Source of the DNA: Octopus bimaculoides
Lineage: Eukaryota
Direction: 5' to 3'
Assembly: GCF_001194135.2 (NCBI RefSeq)
Contig: NC_068984.1
Location: forward strand, 82,483,527-82,547,526
Length of the DNA: 64,000 nt
Below, piece after piece: positions 37,785 through 48,458 of the stretch (its first letter is position 1; every line of letters starts with the position of its first letter). The notes under the pieces were generated by a model. The model did not search any database and was not told the origin of the DNA. It saw only the letters and a list, made by a program, of their open reading frames with translations. The translations under genes and the position numbers were made by a program.

Positions 37785-37791
<7 letters not shown>
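37719..37791 (-). pseudogene. tRNA-Glu(TTC)-derived pseudogene or SINE head
   Basis: catgacgatttagtgttcagggttcttggctTTCgcccaggtgaccagggtttcattcctgacatgggaa aligns by eye to eukaryotic tRNA-Glu(TTC). The B box is mutated (GGTTTCATTCC) and the first acceptor-stem bases are replaced by (CA)n. Confidence 0.7.
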
Positions 37792-37829
<38 letters not shown>

Positions 37830-37987
37830 TTGCGTGCGTTGACATTCTATACTCTGTCACCGCTTAGCGCATCGGTGTTGTAATGTTTACTTCCTATATT
37901 GTCCACACAACCGGTTGCTCTTCAAGTCATAAAATGCTACCTCAAATAAGTTCAACCCATGCAAAGAAAAGAACGAGGAGTTTCTTT

Positions 37988-38371
37988 AGAAGCGCACCGC
38001 TCCAAGAAAATTACGCTTACTTGTAAAAAAAAGTTACGAAAATGGGAAATATATCCAAAATAAATGAAGCATGCAAAAAAAANNNNNNNNNNNNNNNNNN
38101 NATAAAATACGGGAAACAGGCACTCGCGAATATAAACAAACATGCCGGACGATAACTTACTTTTACCAGTCATATTATTAATGATACAAGGGGCCCGACA
38201 TGTTTGTTTATATTCGCGAGTGCCCGTTTTCCGTGTTTTATTTTTTAGAATAAAATATTTAAAAATAGATGAATCTAATTTTTTGCATACTTCATTTATT
38301 CTGGATATATTTCCCATTTTCATAATTTTTTTTAGAAATTAGGCCTCATTTTCTTGCAGAGGTGCGCTTCT
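37988..38371. mobile_element. Foldback/MITE-like inverted repeat inside the DNAJB intron
   Basis: Arms 37988-38144 (interrupted by Ns) and 38199-38371. Perfect 25-bp inner stem gcactcgcgaatataaacaaacatg / catgtttgtttatattcgcgagtgc. Confidence 0.75.
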
Positions 38372-40783
38372 TTCGAAGCGCTAAGAACCAATTAATATAT
38401 ATATATATATACACACACACACATACATACAACAAAACCTTCACAAACTAGAACTTCCTAAAGAAGTATTGCTCTTACCAGAATTAGAATCCCTGTATGA
38501 AGGTCAATCTTGCAATATACTGTTTGGTATAATATGTAAAACAAAATCATCATAAACCAACCAACCAAGAATCCCCAAACTCTCAGAAGTAGAATTTCAA
38601 AAGACAACTCAGAACCACGAGAACATAGGATACAAAAGGTTAACAGTCAACAAGCACAACAAACATATATATACATGCATCTGCTGACTAACGGCTACCA
38701 TTATGGTTTCGACATCTGGACAGTACCATTTAATCTGGTAGTGTCAACAGCGTTAAACACTGCTTGAGGATTACTACGAAGCAGCAGCAGCGAAACATTA
38801 GCGCAATATGTCCATTACGTCTACACCTTATCATTACAAATACAAACAACAAATCTTTAACTTAAATCGCAACATATAGCTATGAAGCTCAATCATAGAA
38901 AAGAGAAATATCCTCAATATGGACACTTACATCAAAAAATTATGGTACTGAAAAACAGAGATCATTAAAACAAACCAGCGAATGTACTGAATAAAAGTTA
39001 TTGAACACATTCAGAGATACACGTTGCCGATAGATAAAATGAAAAATAACCAAGGGAATAATCAACTTAGAACTGTAAATCGAAGAACATTAACCAATAA
39101 ACATTGCTATCCTACAATTTATGACACGTATTTAAAACACGAACCAAACGTTAACTAGCGTGTGCATGTATGTATGTATATATCTATTTATCTTTCTATA
39201 CACATACACACATTCATGTGACTAGAAGAAATTTGACAAAATCGTATTTGAACACATTATGCAGACTACATGACGTGAATAAATTGAACAAGAAGAAAGA
39301 TTGATGCCGAGTTCCTTTTAAGATAATTGGCAATAATTTTGTTTTGATGAGGAATATTCGAAACAAGTATTTCCTCTTCCACAGACAGCACATATTCAAA
39401 TCACAAGAAAATGATTCACCAACATATAAACAAATTTTTCACTGAATAGCGTATGTCTTCCTTATCCGTTGGGTTTGGGTTTCGTAAGTTATTACAGAGA
39501 CAGACGTATTACTGTCTACATTCACATATATGGTAGAGCTGTAGTCACTAGCTAACCAGCTGAAAATAACTCTGGTATATATGCTTGCTTAGTAGAGAAA
39601 GGGTGGAGGGGGTTCACTGGGTGTTGCCACCGACTCCGAACACTAGACGAAACATAATTTAGACTTGTAATGTACAATGAATAGCAGACACGCAAAACAA
39701 TTGATGACCTGGACATTTAATTCAATACAAGCACACATTAACGTCGTAGGAGAAAATACACTAGCAAAGCGAGTCAAAGACCAAATAACCCATTTCAAGA
39801 ATTTGCGGTCTATGCCCGAAATCATTCTAACAACCTGTGGAAGCTATGACGGTACGCAGTAGTTCAAGAAGGGATGCAGTTGTCAGCCACGAAATTAGGC
39901 CACCTGATTTTTGAGAGTTGACATGCTGTCAGAATGAGATCAATTGATGTACATCCTTACCTTTCCCTATAATGTTACAGGCATTAAAGTATCTTAAAAT
40001 TACATAAATATATAACAGCCAATGAATCAGAGCTACATATACACACATCTATTCACAAACTGCATGAGTGCCGATATACGTGACATTTGAGAGAAGGCGG
40101 AATGCCGAAATTATCAATCACCCACCATAGTATAGTAGTAGTAACAGCAAAATGGTTTTCTAGAACCATCTTACAACCATCCTTTTTAAGCCCAACAGTT
40201 GTTATAAACGTGTATATAGAGACTTATTACAAGATCAGTATCATTTTATCGACGCAAGAAATATGTAAACTAACGTAGAAAACCAACAGTATTTAGTCCG
40301 ACACCGAGCATTCCTATAGACAAGCGTCGTAAATTATCTAGTGCTCTATAAACCGTAATTAGTTCGGATGTGTATGTTACAAATAAACATCGTAACTACG
40401 ATTCTACAAAGAATTTTAATTTTCTTCCATGGAGGTAGATTTTTGCTCTTCCACCCTTTATGATTATACAGTGCCCCATCTTTTCTTTTTGGGTTGTGTT
40501 TTTTTAACAAAGACTATTCTAATTCTTCAAAAAATATGCGTCGCATAAATCTGAAAAAAAAAAAAAAAAGAATTCGAAAACCAACACTGGGTGGGGAACA
40601 GAAATCTACCTCCCCCACTTTTTTCCTCAGTACCGTTATTTCCGATGCTTGAAACTAGCATCTAAAGAAATCACAGCTTTTGCACTAATAGTCCACTTAC
40701 GACGCTATTCCATAGAAATACCCAGCAAGGTTTCCCAGAACACTAAAACAAAAGAAAAAAAGTTAACATTTCTCTACGATCTA

Positions 40784-41319
40784 NNNNNNNNNNNNNNNNN
40801 NNNNNNNNNNNNNNNNNNNNNNNNNNNNNNNNNNNNNNNNNNNNNNNNNNNNNNNNNNNNNNNNNNNNNNNNNNNNNNNNNNNNNNNNNNNNNNNNNNNN
40901 NNNNNNNNNNNNNNNNNNNNNNNNNNNNNNNNNNNNNNNNNNNNNNNNNNNNNNNNNNNNNNNNNNNNNNNNNNNNNNNNNNNNNNNNNNNNNNNNNNNN
41001 NNNNNNNNNNNNNNNNNNNNNNNNNNNNNNNNNNNNNNNNNNNNNNNNNNNNNNNNNNNNNNNNNNNNNNNNNNNNNNNNNNNNNNNNNNNNNNNNNNNN
41101 NNNNNNNNNNNNNNNNNNNNNNNNNNNNNNNNNNNNNNNNNNNNNNNNNNNNNNNNNNNNNNNNNNNNNNNNNNNNNNNNNNNNNNNNNNNNNNNNNNNN
41201 NNNNNNNNNNNNNNNNNNNNNNNNNNNNNNNNNNNNNNNNNNNNNNNNNNNNNNNNNNNNNNNNNNNNNNNNNNNNNNNNNNNNNNNNNNNNNNNNNNNN
41301 NNNNNNNNNNNNNNNNNNN
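40784..41319. other. Assembly gap (536 N); other gaps at 7113-7122, 10292-10307, 38083-38101, 42576-42585 and 63231-63330
   Basis: Runs of N. The 100-N gap is probably a placeholder of unknown size. Confidence 0.99.
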
Positions 41320-42289
41320 ATATATATATATATATATATATATACGAGACAGGAAGAAAGGACTATTAAGATATTTACAGAATGTTATCTTTTCACTTAT
41401 GTAAGGATCGTTACTTCGGCCAGTTTTCAACCATGAATTAACATAAGTATTTATGTACACACATTGCATTAGAAATATATTTGTGGGACATACTCGTGAC
41501 TATGAAGAAACAAATATTTAATAAAAAGATTTTAAGACAATATAATTTAGGACAAAAAAAATGACCGACAGATTCTATATCGAGAATGAATAAGCACTTA
41601 GAAAGCAAGGCATACAAGAAAAATGTAGTGGCCCTGCTTCCATTTACCAGTAATGGTTACGAACAGAGGTTCGAGAGTGGGGGCACTTCCTTTCCAGACA
41701 ACCATGAAGTAGAAGTGTCTGAAGTAGGAGTTTTCATTCAAAATTAAAACTGAATGATAGATGGTGGATAACAGAGTGCCGGTCTCGACATGCTAGAAAC
41801 AGCAGTCAAATCTTTTCAAAATCACATCTTGCCATCTTAAAAACAGACAGGACAATGCAGACCTATCTAGGTTTCACTTTTCTTGAGATTTTACCTCCGT
41901 AATTTATAAGCTTCCACGTTCTATTCATGAAAAATATTCTGTAATTTTTTAAGTCCTTCATAGCTTTGCTGTTCGATAATATAAAAATTACTTCAATTTG
42001 GATGCAAGCAGTCATCCAAAAATTTTCTGCATTTATTAAAAATTCTCATTGAGCATTATTACTATTGCCATCAGTCATTTGTACTCGCGAAACTGAAAAG
42101 GGTACGTTATACTCCAAGATTGCGCAATATAATCCTAAATACATAACGTCTGCATAACTAATTGGTCACAATGGGACTGCATTGGAAACAGGTCAGCTAA
42201 AAATAAAAAAAAACTTTAAAGACTTAAAATAGGGCGATCCTATTGTTTATTTATTATTATTATTTTTTTTGCCTAAGGACAAAGTTTCG

Positions 42290-42485
42290 GATATTACTCT
42301 TTTACTTGTTTCAGTCATTTGACTGCGGCCATGCTGGAGCACCGCCTTTAGTCGAGCAAATCGACCCCCAGGACTTATTCTTTGGAAGCCTAGTACTTAT
42401 TCTATCGGTCTCTTTTTGCCGAACCGCTAAGTTACGGGGACGTAAACACACCAACATCGGTTGTCAAGCGATGTTGGGGGGACAA

Positions 42486-42518
<33 letters not shown>

Positions 42519-42872
42519 ACGGGCTTTTCAGTTTCCATCTACCAAATCCATTCACAAGGCTTTGGTCGGCCCGAGNNNNNNNNNNGCCTAGTACTTATTC
42601 TATCGGTCTCTTTTTGCCGAACCGCTAAGTTACGGGGACGTAAACACACCAACATCGGTTGTCAAGCGATGTTGGGGGGACAAACACATACATATATATA
42701 TATATATATATACGACGGGCTTTTCAGTTTCCATCTACCAAATCCATTCACAAGGCTTTGGTCGGCCCGAGGCTATGGTAGAAGACACTTGCCCAAGGTG
42801 CCACGCAGTGGGACTGAACCCAGAACCATGTGGTTGGTAAGCAAGCTATTTACCACACAGCCACACCTGCTA
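42290..42872 (-). mobile_element. tRNA-derived SINE, little diverged, with internal (AT)n; partly duplicated across an N gap
   Basis: Head ggtgtggctgtgtggtaaatagcttgct...ggttctgggttcagtcccactgcgtggcaccttgggcaagtgtcttc (A/B-box-like). Decayed relatives at ~8560-8680, 33660-33770, 36360-36520, 36940-37060, 53010-53130 and 61505-61600. Confidence 0.85.
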
Positions 42873-42927
42873 TAATAATAATAAGTAATAATAATTTTAA
42901 AAAAAGACGAACTCTTGACTGACTCAC

Positions 42928-43725
42928 CTCTCTCAATGATATTTTTGCTTTATATCGTATATCATTTCCATCACGCGTGAAGACAGGATGCCGTTTGTCC
43001 CTGATGACAAACACAACATCTGCTGGTATATTATAAGGGGTCTGATCTCCTTCTTTTGGAAAAGTGATCTTCGTACCGGCTTTCCAACCGGGTTTGATAT
43101 CTACTGTTAAGATTTTCTCTTCTCTGACTTGTTTATTCGACTGGACCATTATCGTTCGTGTGATTTTCATTTTCTTCGTGCAACCCGTGCAGATATCCTC
43201 AAGACTGACAGGTAGATCCTTGACAATCGGTTTGTCTTGTTCCTTCTGTCGCCGGAACGACGGTCCACCCATATTAAAACCATGTCTACCGAAGTGCGAG
43301 AATGGCTCATCCACATCCATATCATCGCCAACAAAGCCGCCAGATTGGTGCTGCGATCTTTGATCACCTGGGAATGAACTAAACATGAACGAATTGAACG
43401 GGCCTTCATCCCCGAAAAACATCCTGAACGTTTCGTGCGGGTCACAGTGGAATGAGTAAGAGAAGTTTGCACCTTGTTCCCCACCCATACCACCGGGAAC
43501 ATTGCCCCTAAGTCCTTCTTCTCCATAAGAATCGAATACTTTCCTTTTTTCTTTGTCGGACAGGATTTCATATGCTTCGGCTACCTCTTTGAACTTTTCT
43601 TCGGCTCCAGGAGATTTGTTTTTGTCCGGATGGTATTTCAGAGCCATTTTCCGATAGGCTTTCCTGATGTCATCTTCCGTTGCATTTTTACTTATACCTA
43701 AGATTTTGTAATAATCTTTCCCCAT
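42928..43725 (-). CDS. DNAJB4: DnaJ/Hsp40 class B (DNAJB1/4/5-type) coding exon 1: J domain, G/F-rich region and C-terminal domain I, 266 aa
   Basis: [10 protein letters not shown]...KYHPDKNK...[14 protein letters not shown] (HPD motif); ...[14 protein letters not shown]...KAKISLRE followed by a GTgagt donor. The supplied ORF tail VSQSRV... is intron. The symbol is a best fit within the B1/B4/B5 group. Confidence 0.96.
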
Positions 43726-43892
43726 CGTTTATATTTTGCGTTTTAAATCAATTTTTAAAACAAAATTCTATCAAGCCTTCTATTTATAAAAGAAAAAGGG
43801 AGTAATGGGACTGACTGTTTTTTTCTCTCAATGTGTATAAATATATATGCAACAATTAAAGTATATTAAAAAAAAAATCCTAAATTGTTTAC

Positions 43893-43965
43893 CTAGAATA
43901 GTTAAAAAGTGAAAGCTTCACAATCCAATTACACGACATAACATCGTAAAATGGCGGCGTGAAAG
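43893..43965 (-). other. DNAJB4: Predicted non-coding first exon of DNAJB, with a 113-nt 5'-UTR intron (43780-43892)
   Basis: Minus-strand ctag|GTaaac donor and pyrimidine-rich ...tttataaatAG acceptor 54 nt before the ATG. Start inferred ~30 nt downstream of the TATA box. YY1-like AAAATGGCGG at 43948-43957. Confidence 0.5.
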
Positions 43966-43985
43966 TGTGTAGTCAGACGCCGAGG

Positions 43986-43999
43986 CTATTTATAAATAG
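43986..43999 (-). promoter_or_regulatory. TATA box of DNAJB (perfect palindrome CTATTTATAAATAG)
   Basis: TATAAATA on the minus strand, 14 nt downstream of the HSE and about 270 nt upstream of the ATG. Confidence 0.75.
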
Positions 44000-44012
44000 T
44001 CTGTGACGTGTA

Positions 44013-44042
44013 CTTCTAGAACATTCGAGAACCATCTAGAAA
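44013..44042. promoter_or_regulatory. Heat-shock element, six contiguous alternating pentamers (five perfect)
   Basis: cTTCt-aGAAc-aTTCg-aGAAc-cATCt-aGAAa directly upstream of the TATA box of an Hsp40 gene. Fits the HSF nGAAn inverted-array consensus. Confidence 0.92.
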
Positions 44043-44043
44043 G

Positions 44044-44065
44044 CCAATCAGAACACGCCACGTCA
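44044..44065 (+). promoter_or_regulatory. ERSE (CCAAT-N9-CCACG) overlapping a UPRE-type motif (CCACGTCA, reverse complement TGACGTGG)
   Basis: CCAAT 44044-44048, 9-nt spacer cagaacacg, CCACG 44058-44062, continuing TCA. A second TGACGTG lies at 44004-44010. Motif match is exact; function is not shown. Confidence 0.6.
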
Positions 44066-44378
44066 CAGGTGATGTTTTTGTTATTTTATTACGACAGTAG
44101 AAACAAAAAACAATGACAGATAACCTCCCTTTAATTAAGTTTAAATGCTGAACAGAAAAGCGGTAATTAGCAGCAAAACTGGTTAATTATCATGTTAATA
44201 GTTTCTTATACAAAGGTTGGAAATATCAGATCTAGTGGTGGTGTCGGAAGACATTGCGAGTGGAAAAGAATGAAAATGATTACTGAAAAAATTGCCGGTT
44301 CGTCACAAACGGATAAAATATGAATTATAACACAACCAACGAATAATATTTCTTTTAACAAGGTATAAAGCATCCTGT

Positions 44379-44940
44379 GTATCATACTTAAGGTGGGTAT
44401 ACTGTAGAAAGCCACATAACTGTGGTATTCGTCTCGAGAAAGCATCTTGTACAGACATATTGTGCTAAAAAAAAAAACAAGCACAGAAGAACATCAGTAG
44501 CAGACGAAAAGCGTCCAGCAGTGACGGTGGAATGGCTAATCTAGATTTCCGGGTATTTGAACGTTATCAATAGCAAGCATTCACTAGCAACCGCATGCTT
44601 AGACAAATTTAGCTTCTACTGACAGACAAAAACAGTAATTAACAAATCATTAACATCAACGAATTTTTACCAAGCCTTGCTGGCTATTGGTGACACAAAT
44701 GATTTGTTAATCTCTGTTTTTGTATAGCAGCAGAAGCTAACTTTGTCTAAGCCTGCGGTTGCTGCTGGTGGCGTGCAAATACGCAGAAATCTAGATTTAG
44801 CAATTCTACCACTATTGCTGGGCGCTTTTCGTCTGCTACTGATGTTTTTCTGTGGTTTTTAGCACTATACGAGACTCTTTCTCGGGGCGAATAATGCAGT
44901 TATGTGATTGTTTACAGTTTATCTACCTTGAGTAAGATAG
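44379..44940. repeat. Long imperfect inverted repeat (arms ~44379-44651 and ~44698-44940)
   Basis: About 85% identity by hand count over an 83-nt core, including a perfect 24-bp stem (44490-44513 / 44823-44846). The spacer can also pair (accaa/ttggt, agcc/ggct). No TSD or known TIR recognised. Confidence 0.9.
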
Positions 44941-45999
44941 ACTGCAATTTTTAACCAATACTGTTTCCGTCACTGATGACGAATTTTTTGACAAAAAGTT
45001 TCAGATTCAACAGTTATGACAACGAATCAACCCATTTTATTCTATAAAACAAAACCGGATCGCAAACTTTGTTTGTAGGATGTTCCCAACAGGACCCGAC
45101 TTAATTATATTTGTTTGCCAAATATTTCATTTTGTGATATTTTATGCCTTTTCCTGCAGAGGTATTAGCGAAACTAACTGGCTGCTAATGCGAATCGAAT
45201 ACCTCTTTCTTGACTCGGATAGCAAGGCGTTTACTTTCACTCTACAGCAATTGCTGTCACTATTAGTGATAACAGTAGGGTCCTTTACATGATTGCTCGA
45301 CTTGCTACAAATTGTAGCTAATACATCTCCGCAGCGAACCAATAGTTTTCACATTTCTACTATTTATAATCATCTAATCTAAGCTGTATAATTTTTCATG
45401 GTTCAAGGCCAAATGTAAAGATACCTTTGACCAAGAAATCCAATGGTTTAAAGAAGTTTACTGTCTGGTTTTCTTCAGGTTAAGTGTTGAAATTGGAAAT
45501 ATATGTTTGATGTCCCGTCATGTACATACCGAAAGCTACCGTTTTTATCCGGGCTAGGCAAATCCGTTGCATCTATTTTTTCCCTTGAAAGTTTCTTTAC
45601 TAACAAGAAGAATCAAATAGAAGCTTGCCCGTGAAATACGAGTGTTGAATGCACTGGTGAGCCCTTACTCTGATGTTGCTGTGGAACCAACAGCACTGTT
45701 AAGTTCACCTTGAAGGACAGGGAGTTTAAGGAAGCAAATGCGTACGAAAGAAATTACATCTGCGATTAGAAAATCAGAGAGGCTCGGACGTTTCATGCGT
45801 GCAATTGAAGTTTGTAACAATGCGGTATTGTAGTAATGTTCATAGAAGATGAAGCAGGATCAACAATTAGATTACTGACACTAGATAATTAACCTCGACT
45901 ATATTAGCTGTTAACTCAGTTATTTGTTTTACATTGTCTGTTTTTTAGTAGATGCAGAAATAGCTGGTTTCTATTCGGGTGACAATTTAAAATAAGATT

Positions 46000-46033
<34 letters not shown>

Positions 46034-46969
46034 CGTGTAACCAATGAATAAATTCAAATATCAAAATGATGTAGAAAATAAAAATAAAAGCAAATAATTA
46101 AATCTTTCAGCAATTTAACAAATTAATTTTTCAAATATAAATAATGTCCCATACTTAGTCATTCATACTAGTCCGATGAAGGAAGGACTTGTACGAACAT
46201 AATAATGGTCACAAAAATTTCAGTGCCTGATCCTTGAAAAAGAATTGATATTGCAATATTTTCTTCCTTTTGTAAGAGAAAGGGCATGTTAAATACAACG
46301 CGACAGATGAAAAAGAACCGATACAAAGCCTTTCAAAATGTGAATCAGCTCAAGCATGTGCTAAAAGAGGCAATCAATTGCATTTTTCCTGTACTTGGTA
46401 GATATAAATAACGAGTCACTGTAGTACAAATATAAAGCTATTCTCATGAAAAGGAATGATAAATGTACTCAATGAGAGAAATATACGTTTGTATGTGTAA
46501 GTTGTTATAGTCCGTCTGACGAAGAGAATTCACTCATGGTTCCATTCGTCGCAGTTGTGCTGTCAGCAACTGATCCGTTTTTAACTGCATGGCACAATGT
46601 ATTTGACTGGGAAAATTTTGACACCACTTGGCAGTGTCTCTAACTAATGTCACGGCAAAATAAGCTAACTAAAGAGGACAGTCACATGACTATCGGGTGT
46701 ATATCTCGTTGAACAGACGAAACATTGTGACTTTGGTACTGCGTGCACACACATATTTATAAATACGCGCAAGTACGAAACACCCTACAAGGTGAGGATA
46801 TTGCGATGTTTGTATGAAGTAGTTGAATTTTTATTTTCATATATAACATATAAACATGTACATCTTTTAGAAATTGTCAATTTATAAAATTTTGCTGATT
46901 TTAAATTAACATAAACATTTACTTACACGAAAGAAAATTTCCAGAGAACTTTCATCTAATTCTTCCAAA

Positions 46970-47270
46970 TCTTTCCCTTAAAACTGTATTAAAACCATTG
47001 GTCTCTTTCCATCACTTTGGTATAAACCCGACGGCTCCAGAACTGAGGGGATATTAATCCGAGCCAGGGCCCGCTTAATGATTGGGTTTAGCTTGGTGTG
47101 ACGAGAGAAGCATGTAGGCTGCAAGATAGACCGTGAAGGCTTGTGGGGTCGAGGGGCCTACCACAGCGACATCTCAGTCCCCTACAAACGTCAATTCCCA
47201 CTCTGAGTGCGATGGAGATGCGGAGTTCAACTTGAGAGAAATCCACTCTAAGAGGGCCTACGTCATAGAA
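46970..47270 (-). mobile_element. CRE-like non-LTR retrotransposon C-terminus: CCHC finger and restriction-like endonuclease start
   Basis: [35 protein letters not shown], then after a frameshift [36 protein letters not shown](D)G, the RHxxLNxIIKRAL...LEP.GL...DGKRPDG signature. Confidence 0.8.
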
Positions 47271-47274
47271 GAAC

Positions 47275-48313
47275 TCCGACTTTATCCGTCCGTAATCCTT
47301 CCGGCCTATCGTATATAAGATAAGGTCTTTAGATGATTTCTTCTCTAACCGTTTGGCAGATGACATAGCTGCCAAACGGCTTATGAGTCTGTTATTAATT
47401 GCCTTAATAGCCATATAGTTCGTATCTCTCTTTTGTATTTTTTATGCTATTTCTTATTTTGGATAGGGTGGTCTGTGTCTTTTTCTTTCTTTTTCTTCAA
47501 GAACGTCGACCACCCCTCCTCTTTTTCATTGTCTTCACATTCTTCTGCTGTTGTTGTAGGTGCCGCTTCCACTATCTCAGCATTATTTTCTTTGTCTTTC
47601 TGTACTTTTTCCTCCTCGGCTTGCATTCAGACCTTATATGGCCCTTCAATCCACATTTAAAGCACATTGGCTTCTTGCCTTCGACGAATACGATTAGTCT
47701 CTCTTCGCCGAATCAACAAGTTTAAGCATTGACCTTTCCAGTTTCCTTCCTCCACCACAGAGGCTTGGATGATGGATATTTCATCCTCCTGATCCATAAT
47801 TATTGCTGCTACGAGCCAGGTAGCATCTACTTCTGGAGGGATGTTAGTTATTTTTATTTTAGATGTTCTTCTTCCCATATATATGGGAAGAAGCACCACC
47901 TCCTCCGTTCTCAAAGTTTCAGAGGAGTGCCGCTTGGCCACCTCTTCTGATATGAATCTTACTTCCACCGTACCAAATCTTTTACCTCTCGTCATGAAAG
48001 TGATATCTGACCATATCAGTTCGGTTTTAAACATTTTCCCACAGTTTTCTCTTCCATTTTATCGATCTTCTTTTTTGCCACATTATACGTTTTATAAATG
48101 ATTCTCTTCTTGGTCACTTGTTTCATGGTTTCTGTCGGAGGGGCCACTTGAATCTCCGTCCCCTCCTTTTTAAGCATTGGCATACACTTCCTTAGATTCT
48201 CAATTTCAATATTTATTTTGCTTTCCTTCCTCCCGGCTACTTCAGCAAAGTTCAGTTTTTTTGGGTGCTACTTTTTGAATTTTTTCTTCTTCACCTGTTA
48301 CAAACACAGGCAT
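47275..48313 (-). mobile_element. Gag-like ORF1 of a non-LTR retrotransposon, frameshifted
   Basis: MPVFVTGEEEKIQKVAP..LNFAEVAG, ORF 47657..48034 (RGKRFGTVEVRF...KIKITNIPPEV), and a CCHC knuckle CFKCGLKGHIRSEC followed by an acidic/basic tail. Confidence 0.7.
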
Positions 48314-48458
48314 ATCCAATACTGTTGAAAAACAGTTTCGGCACAACGCCGGACACAAAAATAATTTGGTTTACACAGTTCAACAATAATAATTCCCCCG
48401 CAAGCATATTTAAAAATATTCTGAAGTTAACAATGGATCTATTTGGAAATATTGAAAA

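Noticed and set aside
40155-40175. Intronic HSE-like TTCtaGAA
   Set aside because: Only two pentamers, which is expected by chance.
40784-41319. Idea that the last DNAJB exon is hidden in the large N gap
   Set aside because: The exon is present at 34542-34772.
40649-41469. ORFs of 251 and 231 aa
   Set aside because: They are open only because they run through Ns.
42388-42771. 188/186-bp tandem duplication inside the SINE
   Set aside because: The two copies flank a 10-N gap and differ only in (AT)n length, typical of unmerged contig or haplotype overlap.
42243-42875. 210-aa ORF with an internal repeat
   Set aside because: Antisense reading of a SINE plus the assembly duplication.
43064-43701. 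Short ORFs overlapping DNAJB
   Set aside because: Antisense or alternative-frame shadows of the real coding exon, with no motifs.
46675-46735. Hammerhead-ribozyme-like arrangement (agtcaca..tg / cgaaacattgtgact)
   Set aside because: A stem III-like pairing and GAAA are present, but there is no CUGAUGA core or NUH cleavage triplet. Other CTGATGA-like hits (e.g. ~44975, ~46176) lack stem II-GAAA.
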